A stretch of DNA of 64,000 nt, from the IMG/VR virus record IMGVR_UViG_3300028591_000109, positions 64,001-128,000 of that record, one strand, 5' to 3'. Of the stretch, positions 20,025 to 28,167 are shown in pieces. Within the stretch, counting starts at the first letter, position 1. Every line of letters begins with the position of its first letter. Source of the stretch: a virus (Duplodnaviria; Caudoviricetes). A program made the translations under genes and the position numbers. The notes under the pieces were generated by a model. The model saw only the letters and a program-made list of their open reading frames with translations, searched no databases and was not told where the DNA came from.

Positions 20025-20903
20025 GTTGGACCGATTGATCGCGTACTGCGGGTTGACACCACCGGGATAGAAGTTCAGGCTCCGGGCGAGGCGAGCCGAA
20101 CTGAACGTCGACGACCAGAAGTAGCCATTGCCCGTGCGATTGGTCCACGAACGGCCATTGCCGAAACCGGACGCCGGAAAGAAAAGAAGATTACCGTTGA
20201 TCTTCGAGCGCAGGTAGAGGCCGTTGATGCCGTTCACCGTCACGCGCTTGTCGGCAGCCGTCTTGGCGATGCTGGTCTCTGCCGTCACCACGTTGCCGTC
20301 GGCGTCGATGTAGTCGATATTGGCGAACAGCTCCGTGAAGTCCTCATTGCTCGGCATGCGCCAGGGCGCACCGAGGCAGGCGCGGGCGGCGTCCATCGAG
20401 GGCGGAATGTTGCCCGTGAGCGTATTACCCGGCGTGTCGCCGTACACCTGTCCGTCGTAGTAGGGCTCCTGCTCGTTCACGCCGCCCCAGTTGTAATCAA
20501 AAGCGGATGTACTGCTGGGATTGTGTCCGTCGGTGTTGCCCCAAGAGAAGAATGAGCACTCGTACTTGAAGGGCGATACTGCGCCGTCCACCTCCTGGAA
20601 TTTCGACGTCGTGGTGAGGTCGATGGAGGCCTTGGCCCAGAGCACGCCGGAGGGCAGGCCCATGTCTACGAAGAGGTCGCTGTCGACGTATGGCTTCTGG
20701 TATTCCAGGATGTCGCTGAGTTTCTTGCCCGTCTTCAGGTCGATGACGGCATCGGTCGAGAGGGGCGTCTTGCCGTTAGGTGCTCCGTCGGGTCCGAAGA
20801 GCATCTGTGTCTGTGTCTTCAACGCCGTGTCTTGCGCCGTGAGTCCGCTCTGCACGGTCTTCAGCGCTTGTTGAATGGTTACTGTTCCAACATTGTCTGC
20901 CAT
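19998..20903 (-). CDS. DGR target protein 2 (paralog of target 1)
   Basis: Near-identical core to 18460-19353; VR differs only at codon positions 1-2 of NNY codons. Confidence 0.85.
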   Translation of the reverse strand: MADNVGTVTIQQALKTVQSGLTAQDTALKTQTQMLFGPDGAPNGKTPLSTDAVIDLKTGKKLSDILEYQKPYVDSDLFVDMGLPSGVLWAKASIDLTTTSKFQEVDGAVSPFKYECSFFSWGNTDGHNPSSTSAFDYNWGGVNEQEPYYDGQVYGDTPGNTLTGNIPPSMDAARACLGAPWRMPSNEDFTELFANIDYIDADGNVVTAETSIAKTAADKRVTVNGINGLYLRSKINGNLLFFPASGFGNGRSWTNRTGNGYFWSSTFSSARLARSLNFYPGGVNPQYAINRSNGFPVRPVQ

Positions 20904-20964
20904 AATTGTATTGCTTTTTTGTTTTCGTTATTACGTTATATCGTTATTTCATGAGCCACAATGG

Positions 20965-21411
20965 TCACTGCGTGACAATGGTTTTATCCATCAGCTCGGC
21001 CACGGCCTGCAGTAACTGTCGGCGCGTATATTGTTTTCCGTTGGCGGTGTAGGTCTCGGTCTCCAGTGCCGAGATTCTTTGGTCGGCCAGCGAGTAGGCG
21101 TAGGCCATGCCCGCGTCCATCCACACCTCCCAGTCGGCGTTGACGGTCATGTCCTGCACGACGAAGGCCTGCTGTCCGTTCACCTCATGGGTGACGAACT
21201 TGCCGTCGCTCACCACCATCGTCAGCGGCATCGAGGCCGTGGCCCGCTTGGCGCGGTAGAGCACGCCGCCGATGCCGATGACGGCGTTCTTCGGGAACGT
21301 CGATGCAGGCGTGAGCGTCGAGATGTCTACGGGCAGCAATGCCCCCGCCTCATAAGCCATCTGCAGCTGCCCGAGGTTGACGGCCTTTTTAAGAGTGTTA
21401 TTGCTTGGCAT
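20965..21411 (-). CDS. Tail-fibre module protein, paralog of 19434-19883
   Basis: 148 aa; duplicated together with its downstream DGR target. Confidence 0.75.
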   Translation of the reverse strand: MPSNNTLKKAVNLGQLQMAYEAGALLPVDISTLTPASTFPKNAVIGIGGVLYRAKRATASMPLTMVVSDGKFVTHEVNGQQAFVVQDMTVNADWEVWMDAGMAYAYSLADQRISALETETYTANGKQYTRRQLLQAVAELMDKTIVTQ

Positions 21412-21483
21412 ATTCTTGTTTTGCTGTTAAGGGTGAAGAAAGGAGAGTCCGGACTTTCCGGGCTCTCCGTGAGCGGAGGAGGT

Positions 21484-22056
21484 TTACTCGCCTGCGGGCA
21501 GTCCGAGGGCGGTGCGCACCTCGGCGTCGGTGGCGAACTCGCCCACGATGTAGCCGGCCTCAGAGTGGTTGCCCCAGCCGTAGGCAGTGTCGGCGTTTGT
21601 CAGCGTGGTCTGCACGCCGCTCACCAGCTTGGCCTTGGTGATGGTGCCGTCGGTGGCGGTCACGGTCACCTCGTGGGTCGTCGGGTCGATGTTCACGACG
21701 AACATGTCGCCCGTCTGCGAGCCGCTGGTGACGTACTCGATCAGGCCCGAAACGTCAACATACTGATACTCGGCAGTGTCGCCCGTGGGGGCTACGTTCA
21801 CCTTCAGGAAGGTGCCGGGGGTGCCCTCGCCGTCAGCGGCCACGATGCCGATGATGTTGTTAACGTAGTCCTTCGGAATGTTGATGGTTCCGATGGTCAC
21901 GCCACCCTTCTTGATGATGGTACTTGACAGGACACCCTCGCCCGGAGTACCGGCTTCGATGGTGATGTCCTTTGCTGCGCCTGCAGCGTCGATGGCCTGC
22001 TTGATGAGGGCCAGGTGCGCCATGTTAAGGGCACTGTTAGCATTGGTCTTTGCCAT
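21484..22056 (-). CDS. Tail-fibre-related structural protein
   Basis: 190 aa; TINIPKD and DGTITKAKL motifs, C-terminal ATDAEV. Confidence 0.6.
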   Translation of the reverse strand: MAKTNANSALNMAHLALIKQAIDAAGAAKDITIEAGTPGEGVLSSTIIKKGGVTIGTINIPKDYVNNIIGIVAADGEGTPGTFLKVNVAPTGDTAEYQYVDVSGLIEYVTSGSQTGDMFVVNIDPTTHEVTVTATDGTITKAKLVSGVQTTLTNADTAYGWGNHSEAGYIVGEFATDAEVRTALGLPAGE

Positions 22057-22148
22057 GTTGTTAAACTGTTTGTGTTGGTTAAAAAATTAAGTGAACTTTA
22101 TACTGTCTGGCTGCTGTGATACAGCAGCCTACTGAACAGCCTTTAGCG

Positions 22149-22466
22149 TCAGAGGCCGAGAACAGCCTTCACGTCGTCGTCGGTGGCGAAGTGGTTCTCC
22201 ATTGCCTCGCGGGCCTCGGGCGAGAGGTCCTGCAGCCCGAGGGAGTCGTCTTCTACGGACTGGCTGTTGACTTTGCCGGTGGCTATCTTGCCGTCGGGCG
22301 TCACGATGTCAACGGTGACACCGCCGTCGGCGGGCATTTGAAGTGTGCGCTGGTGTACGCGGATGTGTCGGAGTACGTTCGTGCCGTCCTCCAGCGTCTC
22401 GTAATACAGGTGAAGCTGCTGTGCGATGACATGCTTCAGTTTCGTTAGGTCTGTTGTTGTTGCCAT
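22149..22466 (-). CDS. Small tail-related protein
   Basis: 105 aa; shares the C-terminal FATD.[DE]V...LGL motif with its neighbour. Confidence 0.6.
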   Translation of the reverse strand: MATTTDLTKLKHVIAQQLHLYYETLEDGTNVLRHIRVHQRTLQMPADGGVTVDIVTPDGKIATGKVNSQSVEDDSLGLQDLSPEAREAMENHFATDDDVKAVLGL

Positions 22467-22494
22467 GATGTCTGTCTTTTGTTATGTTGTCGGC

Positions 22495-22528
22495 AATATA
22501 ATGAGAGGCACGACAAGGGTCAAGGGCA
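22495..22528 (-). promoter_or_regulatory. Promoter-like motif TGCCCTTGA-N20-ATATT (5 of 9)
   Basis: Exact spacing; heads the fibre/DGR operon. Confidence 0.75.
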
Positions 22529-22564
22529 GCGGGAAAAACCACGCAATCAGTGCAGCATGAAATC

Positions 22565-23719
22565 TCATGAAGTGCCCAACTTAACCCAGTAATAATTGCG
22601 ACCTTCCTTGTACGACATGAGTCTATAGCTGCCGCCGTTGTGTTCATAGTTCCCGTTAAGCGTAAGCTGGTCAGATATAGATATACTCTGTGCAAAGTTC
22701 CCCTTCATACATGACGCATTGTCACATTGTCGTACATATAGACTGCCGACATAAAGTTGAGAGGATGGCTGCGTATATCGGGTGTCGACGATTTCAACGA
22801 TTTTGCCCTCGTAGTCCTGTGCCCTCGGCAAAGTCACGGTTATGTCATCGGTGTCAGTCCCGGTAGCCTTGATGACAACAATATCTGCTGCGCCTGTACA
22901 CTTCACCATAGGTTCACCTATCCCAACATTTTCGCTGGATAGCTGGCGGGCTTCTTCTTCCGTATAGTAGCCTCCGTAGGTAAAGTTGCCTATCCAGGGT
23001 TCTTCGCTGTACTCATCCAAAAAGTCGTTGTTACAGAATCCGACGGTGTAACTGCCCGAGATAGCTACCGAATGAAAGAAGTTCGTCGCCCTTACCACTC
23101 CTCTGAACTCACCGCTTGTTGCATGAATCTCGCCCTTGACATACGCATCGTTCTGGTACGTCTTGCCCGTCAGTCCATCCACTGCGAAGTTCGGAGCGAA
23201 CTTATACCCCGACTGAGGATTCGTGCTGACCGTCGGGTCGGACGGGTCGAACCATGCGTAGGGAATTTTTCCGCCGTACTGCAGGCTGACATTGTCGGCG
23301 TTGACGGTAATTCTCGTGCCGCTGCTGTCGACGAGCGTGCCATACTGTGAAATCATCCAGTCGCCGTTGATGATGAACGAGCCGAAGTGGGCATAGGGGC
23401 CGAAGAAGGCCTGGGCGATGTAGTACTGCATGGTGGACTGCATGAGCGTCCACGGCTTCGTGCCCTGCCCGCTCACGGGGTTGTAATTCGTGGCGGGGTC
23501 TTCGTTTTTGCTTTCACCTGTCTCGACGCCCTTAGTGCCGAAGTCGAGCATATAGAAACTGTCGCCGCGCTTTACGAAGGGTGCCTGCGTCTCCTGCATG
23601 GTGTATGTTGCGTCAGACGCCCATTCGTCAGCATAGTAATACCAGCGACCTACGTGGCCTGCTTTGCCGTCCTTCACCGCAGAGATTGTAAACGATGCGC
23701 TACTGACTCTTTTCTCCAT
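22565..23719 (-). CDS. Tail protein with lower-GC C-terminal domain
   Basis: 384 aa; AHFGSFIINGDWMISQYG and GEIHATSGEF motifs. Confidence 0.65.
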   Translation of the reverse strand: MEKRVSSASFTISAVKDGKAGHVGRWYYYADEWASDATYTMQETQAPFVKRGDSFYMLDFGTKGVETGESKNEDPATNYNPVSGQGTKPWTLMQSTMQYYIAQAFFGPYAHFGSFIINGDWMISQYGTLVDSSGTRITVNADNVSLQYGGKIPYAWFDPSDPTVSTNPQSGYKFAPNFAVDGLTGKTYQNDAYVKGEIHATSGEFRGVVRATNFFHSVAISGSYTVGFCNNDFLDEYSEEPWIGNFTYGGYYTEEEARQLSSENVGIGEPMVKCTGAADIVVIKATGTDTDDITVTLPRAQDYEGKIVEIVDTRYTQPSSQLYVGSLYVRQCDNASCMKGNFAQSISISDQLTLNGNYEHNGGSYRLMSYKEGRNYYWVKLGTS

Positions 23720-23733
23720 GATACACAGATGCC

Positions 23734-24927
23734 TTAGGGATTGAAAATATCGTAAGTTGCTGCCAGCATCACACCGCTGCCGTCGTCGCCGAGCGTTGTC
23801 GTCAGGTAGTCGTAGCCAACAACTATCTGGCCGCCGGTCACGCTGCCATCCACACCAGGCACGCTGACGCTTTTAGTCACCTCCCACAGCCCCTTGTAGT
23901 CGCCGCTCTGCTGTGGCTGCTGGCCGGCCATAGGCGAGCCGGTGGAGGTGATAACCTTGTTCTCGAAGTCGTAGAGACGGCAGTAGAAATGCGTGTAGCG
24001 TGTGTCTATCGTGGTTGTGCTGGTGGTCTTACCCATCCATCCGGTGATGGTGACGCTCTGACCCTCGCGCAGGAAGATACCGCCCTTGTTGAGTGACGAA
24101 GTGTTGTCGGTGATGACAGAGTTGACGTACATCTTCTCTTCATCGGTCTCGTCGTCAATCTCCCAGAAGGCCGATGCCTGCACGGCGGCGCTTGCGCTGG
24201 ATGGGTTCTCGGTGTAGAAGTCGCAGCGCAGCACGATATTGTCGGTGATGGCCGTGTCGGCGATGCTGAACCTCGCCACCCGCTCGCCGCTAACTGTCTC
24301 GGATGCGATGGTAGAGCCAATCTGCTGACCCGTACCCTCGTCGTACCACTTGGTCCAGAACTGGTCGTTCACCTGCGACGTGCCCACGTAGAGCCTTCCC
24401 TCGACTCTGGCCGTCGGCTGCGCACTCGTCACCATCACGTCGCCGCTCAGCTGTCCATAGTACCCGCTGGCCGACAACTCGGAAACTCTGACGGGCAAGG
24501 CGATGCTGAACGGCAGCTGCGCACCGCTGAGCTCCACCGAACCCGTCATCTCGATGATGTCGTTGTCGGTATTGCTGATGGTGGCGATGTTCTTCATAAT
24601 GTTGATGGCCGGGAAGGATACGGTGCCAACCGTCTTCGTGGTCTTCTGGAAATAGCCCTCGTAGCCGTCGGTCGCACAAAGGCCGTTGGAGTCGAACGTC
24701 AGCGCTACGCCGTTGTATTTCCAGGTGTATGTGGCTGCGGCTCTCTTTTTGCCGCCGAGGTCGGTCTCCACCCACACCTGCGGGTGGGTCGTCGCCCAGT
24801 TAGGCACGCACTCGCCCGACTGCTTGTTAATACGCTGCGCCAGCGTGGTGTTGCTGCGCATGATGGCGTTGACGGTCTGTCCGTCGTGGATAGCCGTTAT
24901 CGTGAATCGGTTACTTACAAGTCCCAT
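23734..24927 (-). CDS. Tail structural protein
   Basis: ~397 aa, beta-rich, within the tail operon. Confidence 0.6.
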   Translation of the reverse strand: MGLVSNRFTITAIHDGQTVNAIMRSNTTLAQRINKQSGECVPNWATTHPQVWVETDLGGKKRAAATYTWKYNGVALTFDSNGLCATDGYEGYFQKTTKTVGTVSFPAINIMKNIATISNTDNDIIEMTGSVELSGAQLPFSIALPVRVSELSASGYYGQLSGDVMVTSAQPTARVEGRLYVGTSQVNDQFWTKWYDEGTGQQIGSTIASETVSGERVARFSIADTAITDNIVLRCDFYTENPSSASAAVQASAFWEIDDETDEEKMYVNSVITDNTSSLNKGGIFLREGQSVTITGWMGKTTSTTTIDTRYTHFYCRLYDFENKVITSTGSPMAGQQPQQSGDYKGLWEVTKSVSVPGVDGSVTGGQIVVGYDYLTTTLGDDGSGVMLAATYDIFNP

Positions 24928-24940
24928 ATCTCGTTCCTCC

Positions 24941-25192
24941 TTATTTCTTGTCATTACCTGCCTCGCCGTACTGGTAGCCGTTCTCAGCTATCAGCCGCTC
25001 GGCCTCCTGCTCACTGATCAGCTCGACGTCGAGCCCGCTGACGTACTCCTCGGGTTTCATCTGCATGCGCACACCGCGCAGCGCCTTCTCGCTGAGGATG
25101 AACCGCCCGTCCTTTGTCCTGTAACTGGTGTCTATCGCGCCGGCTCTGCGGGCCACGTCGGCGCTGGCCAGGAATGTTCCTTCTGCTCTCAT
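24941..25192 (-). CDS. Small hypothetical protein
   Basis: 83 aa; fills the gap between tail genes. Confidence 0.6.
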   Translation of the reverse strand: MRAEGTFLASADVARRAGAIDTSYRTKDGRFILSEKALRGVRMQMKPEEYVSGLDVELISEQEAERLIAENGYQYGEAGNDKK

Positions 25193-25219
25193 AGTCTATG
25201 TCGTTTTTTAATTGTTGTG

Positions 25220-26557
25220 TCACCATCTTGAAACCACGTAACGCCCATCGCTCGTTACGTATTTTCCCTCGCCGTCAACCACGAGCTTGTAGCAGCCCAG
25301 CAGCCAGATGTCAGGGTACACCTCCACGTTCTCGTAGCCCGTGCGGTAGAGGTCGGCATTGCTGATGCTTACCTCGCGTCCCCAGCCTACGACCGTCACC
25401 TCTGCCGAGTTCATGCCGTGACGCTTCCACTCCAGCCGGACATATTCGTCCACCACGTCGCCGCCGACATCTAAGCCGTCGGCCTGCACGATGGCGGCAA
25501 AGTCTTTCGTTCCGGCCAGCGTCTTTCCCTCGCGAACGACGGTGCCGCCCTTGCTGTAGGGCAGCGCGTCGATATTGGGCCATTGCCACACGGCGGCTAT
25601 ATGGTCGCGTGCGGGGGTGTTGGGTGCCGTGGGCTTGGTGTAATACTGCTTGCCGGTGTTGACCGTCGTGTCGGCAGTGAGCACATACGCTCCGTCCGCC
25701 TGCTCATAGTAGCCCTTGGCGTGCGGATTGCCCGTAGGGCTGTAGACGGCCTCGTAGTAGCCGATGGCGACGGCGATGTCCAGCTGGTCGGCGAAGTCCA
25801 TGTCGACGACGATGGTATCTGTGCCCTGCCCCTTGCCCGCCAGCTGGTTAGCATCACGGTAGAACAGGCACTCCAGCGTCTCGCCAATCAGCGTGTCGCC
25901 GGCATACCAGAAGAACACCACGCCAGTTGTCGCGTCCTCTTCGCCCAGTGCTGCCTTCGCTGACAGGCGGAACATACTGCCGTACTGCAGGGCGCCGCCG
26001 GCCAGCGGCGTGTCGCGCTTCTGCCAGATGGGGTTGAAGGTAAGCGTGCTCGGAGCCTGTATCTTTACGCTGTAGAACGCCTCCGGCTTGTTCTCCGCAG
26101 TCAGCAGCACAAGCTCCTCTTCGGTATAAGCCTGCTTGCGCAGGTTGTCGGGGCAGGTCACGCGGCAGGCTATCGTCACCGGCGCGTCGTAGTTCACGTT
26201 CTTGCGCACCACCAGCCTGCCTGTCAGGTTCCCCTCTGCGTCGCACTCCTTGTAATAGTCGTCGCTCGTGGTCACCGATGTTATTTCGGTGTATTCACCA
26301 TTGTTCACCAGATACCACTTCTGTTCGTAGCCCGACGTTACCGTCTCGCCGGTATCGGGGTCGGTGGCCTCGAAGTGAGGACGGAGAAACAGCGGGTGCA
26401 AGCGCCGGTTGGGAATCCACAGATCGTGGGGCACGTCCTGCGCCTGTGTCAGCGGACCTCCGTTCTCGCCCTCCTGAATGATGGAGAGCGTCGTGCTGAG
26501 CGGAGTCCTTGTCGTGGCGAACACCACGGGTACTGCTGTGTTGACAATTTTCTTCAT
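25220..26557 (-). CDS. Tail structural protein carrying a 41-aa module shared with the capsid protein
   Basis: 445 aa; YEAVYSPTGNPHAKGYYE...GKQYY. Confidence 0.65.
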   Translation of the reverse strand: MKKIVNTAVPVVFATTRTPLSTTLSIIQEGENGGPLTQAQDVPHDLWIPNRRLHPLFLRPHFEATDPDTGETVTSGYEQKWYLVNNGEYTEITSVTTSDDYYKECDAEGNLTGRLVVRKNVNYDAPVTIACRVTCPDNLRKQAYTEEELVLLTAENKPEAFYSVKIQAPSTLTFNPIWQKRDTPLAGGALQYGSMFRLSAKAALGEEDATTGVVFFWYAGDTLIGETLECLFYRDANQLAGKGQGTDTIVVDMDFADQLDIAVAIGYYEAVYSPTGNPHAKGYYEQADGAYVLTADTTVNTGKQYYTKPTAPNTPARDHIAAVWQWPNIDALPYSKGGTVVREGKTLAGTKDFAAIVQADGLDVGGDVVDEYVRLEWKRHGMNSAEVTVVGWGREVSISNADLYRTGYENVEVYPDIWLLGCYKLVVDGEGKYVTSDGRYVVSRW

Positions 26558-27936
26558 ACTATTCTTATCGTGTTAATTATTTCTGCTTCTTCGCCGTCGA
26601 TGTCGGTAAACCTTGCGACACACTTGAACGACACCTTGCCGCTGCCTGTTTCCCACCCTTCCGGCAGGTCGGCATCTTTGACGTTGATGGTGCGCGTCAC
26701 GCTCTTCAGCGGCGACGTCGGGTCGTCGGGGACGGTACGGGCTGTATTCTTCCACGTCTCGTCGAGAGCACTGTTTCGGCTCTCGCGTGTCCACTGCCAT
26801 TCCGTCACCATGCTGCTGATGTCCTCCTGCGAGAAGAGCAGATAGGGGACAACCGTCTCGTCGATGTAGCCAGGCCGCACACTGATACCGCTCACTGGCA
26901 AAGGAGGGTCATCGTCAGAATAGAAGCCCAGCGAAATCGTTCCGCCGCTGACGTACCTCCATTCGTCAGAGCCGAACCACGGTTCCTGAGTGGTGCCGTC
27001 CGCTACGCATTCCCATAAGGCTCCCTTGTTCCACGCCCGGCTCGTCTCCAGCTCGTTCTCTTCCTCCCATCCCTTGCTCACGGTGGTCAGCTTCTCGTAC
27101 AAATCGGCGTCGGTCAGTGACGAGTTATCGCTGTCGAGCCGCTTGGCAATGAAACGGTGGCGCGTCAGGCTCTCGCGGTGGTAGGGCTCGGCTATGGGCT
27201 CGCCGTTGGTGAAGGTCAGAGGCTCCGTGCCCTCCCAGCCGAGTGCAGCAGCCACGGCGGCGGGCAGTGTGCCGTCGGGAGTGCGCGTCCCAGTGGGGCC
27301 TCGGTAGATGACGTGCGGTGTCTGTGCCCACGAGCCACGGTCGGTGATGACCGTGCGCACGGGGTTGTCGGGCAGGTCGTCGGGGTTCAGCCGCCACCGG
27401 TTGTTGTATTCCTCTGTACCCAGTATGCCGGTGTCGAGGTCTACGGTGCGCTGGTTGTTCTCGTCGGGTGCAGACACCGTGCCCATCTTTATCCACCAGT
27501 AGTCGGGATGGTCTACTACCTTAGGGAATCCGCGTTCATCATACTGCCCGGCAAGACCATCCTGCATGACATAGGAATACTTGTCGAACCATTGCCCCGC
27601 CAGCCCGTAAGGGTTGTCCGGGCCATACTGAGACTGCGCCGCAAAAACGAGGTAGGCGCTGCCATCGGTGACGTAAACCTCGCTTTTCTGAAGCCTGGCA
27701 TAAATGGTGTAAGGACCATTGCCGCAGTTCAGCCTTCGGTTGCGTCCGGTCAGCGTCCATTCGCGGAAAGAGTTGGTGTTTGGATTAATACCGAGCCGTT
27801 CGACGCCGGGAGCAAAGACCTTGATCTTTGTGCCACGCGACACATAGACTGCAAGGTCGTTGGCCGTGCCGTTGCAGTTTGGCACGATGCTGATGGCCGA
27901 CGGGGCTATGTAGTAGACAGGGGATGTACGAGCCAT
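26554..27936 (-). CDS. Tail structural protein
   Basis: 460 aa; WECVADGTTQEP and WQWTRES motifs. Confidence 0.65.
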   Translation of the reverse strand: MARTSPVYYIAPSAISIVPNCNGTANDLAVYVSRGTKIKVFAPGVERLGINPNTNSFREWTLTGRNRRLNCGNGPYTIYARLQKSEVYVTDGSAYLVFAAQSQYGPDNPYGLAGQWFDKYSYVMQDGLAGQYDERGFPKVVDHPDYWWIKMGTVSAPDENNQRTVDLDTGILGTEEYNNRWRLNPDDLPDNPVRTVITDRGSWAQTPHVIYRGPTGTRTPDGTLPAAVAAALGWEGTEPLTFTNGEPIAEPYHRESLTRHRFIAKRLDSDNSSLTDADLYEKLTTVSKGWEEENELETSRAWNKGALWECVADGTTQEPWFGSDEWRYVSGGTISLGFYSDDDPPLPVSGISVRPGYIDETVVPYLLFSQEDISSMVTEWQWTRESRNSALDETWKNTARTVPDDPTSPLKSVTRTINVKDADLPEGWETGSGKVSFKCVARFTDIDGEEAEIINTIRIV

Positions 27937-27965
27937 TGATTGTTATATCGCCTTTTGTTTCGCAC

Positions 27966-27999
27966 ATTATATATATAATGCGGATGAAGGTCAAGGGCA
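27966..27999 (-). promoter_or_regulatory. Promoter-like motif TGCCCTTGA-N20-ATAAT (6 of 9)
   Basis: Leftward member of a divergent pair. Confidence 0.75.
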
Positions 28000-28015
28000 G
28001 GATTTCTATTCCGAG

Positions 28016-28090
28016 CCACAGAATTTTTATTATAGCCCACAGAAATTTCAAAGAAGCCCACAGAATTTTAATTTCAGCCCACAGAATTTT
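28016..28090. repeat. Four direct repeats CCACAGAA(A/T)TTT with exact 21-bp period
   Basis: Cores start at 28016, 28037, 28058 and 28079, between the divergent promoter motifs. Confidence 0.9.
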
Positions 28091-28103
28091 CGTTCCGCCT
28101 GCC

Positions 28104-28137
28104 TGCCCTTGATTCGCGCTCGCGTAATATATATAAT
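28104..28137 (+). promoter_or_regulatory. Promoter-like motif TGCCCTTGA-N20-ATAAT (7 of 9)
   Basis: Rightward member of the divergent pair. Confidence 0.75.
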
Positions 28138-28167
28138 GTGTGCAAAACTAAGGCGATATAAAAAATC

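Noticed and set aside
19998-20168. VR2 acting as the template for VR1
   Set aside because: VR2 has non-A bases where VR1 has A (GGT vs AAT, CTC vs CAC, TCC vs TAC), so both derive from a third sequence
28016-28090. Possible mini-CRISPR array
   Set aside because: The 21-bp period is too short for repeat plus spacer, and there are no cas genes
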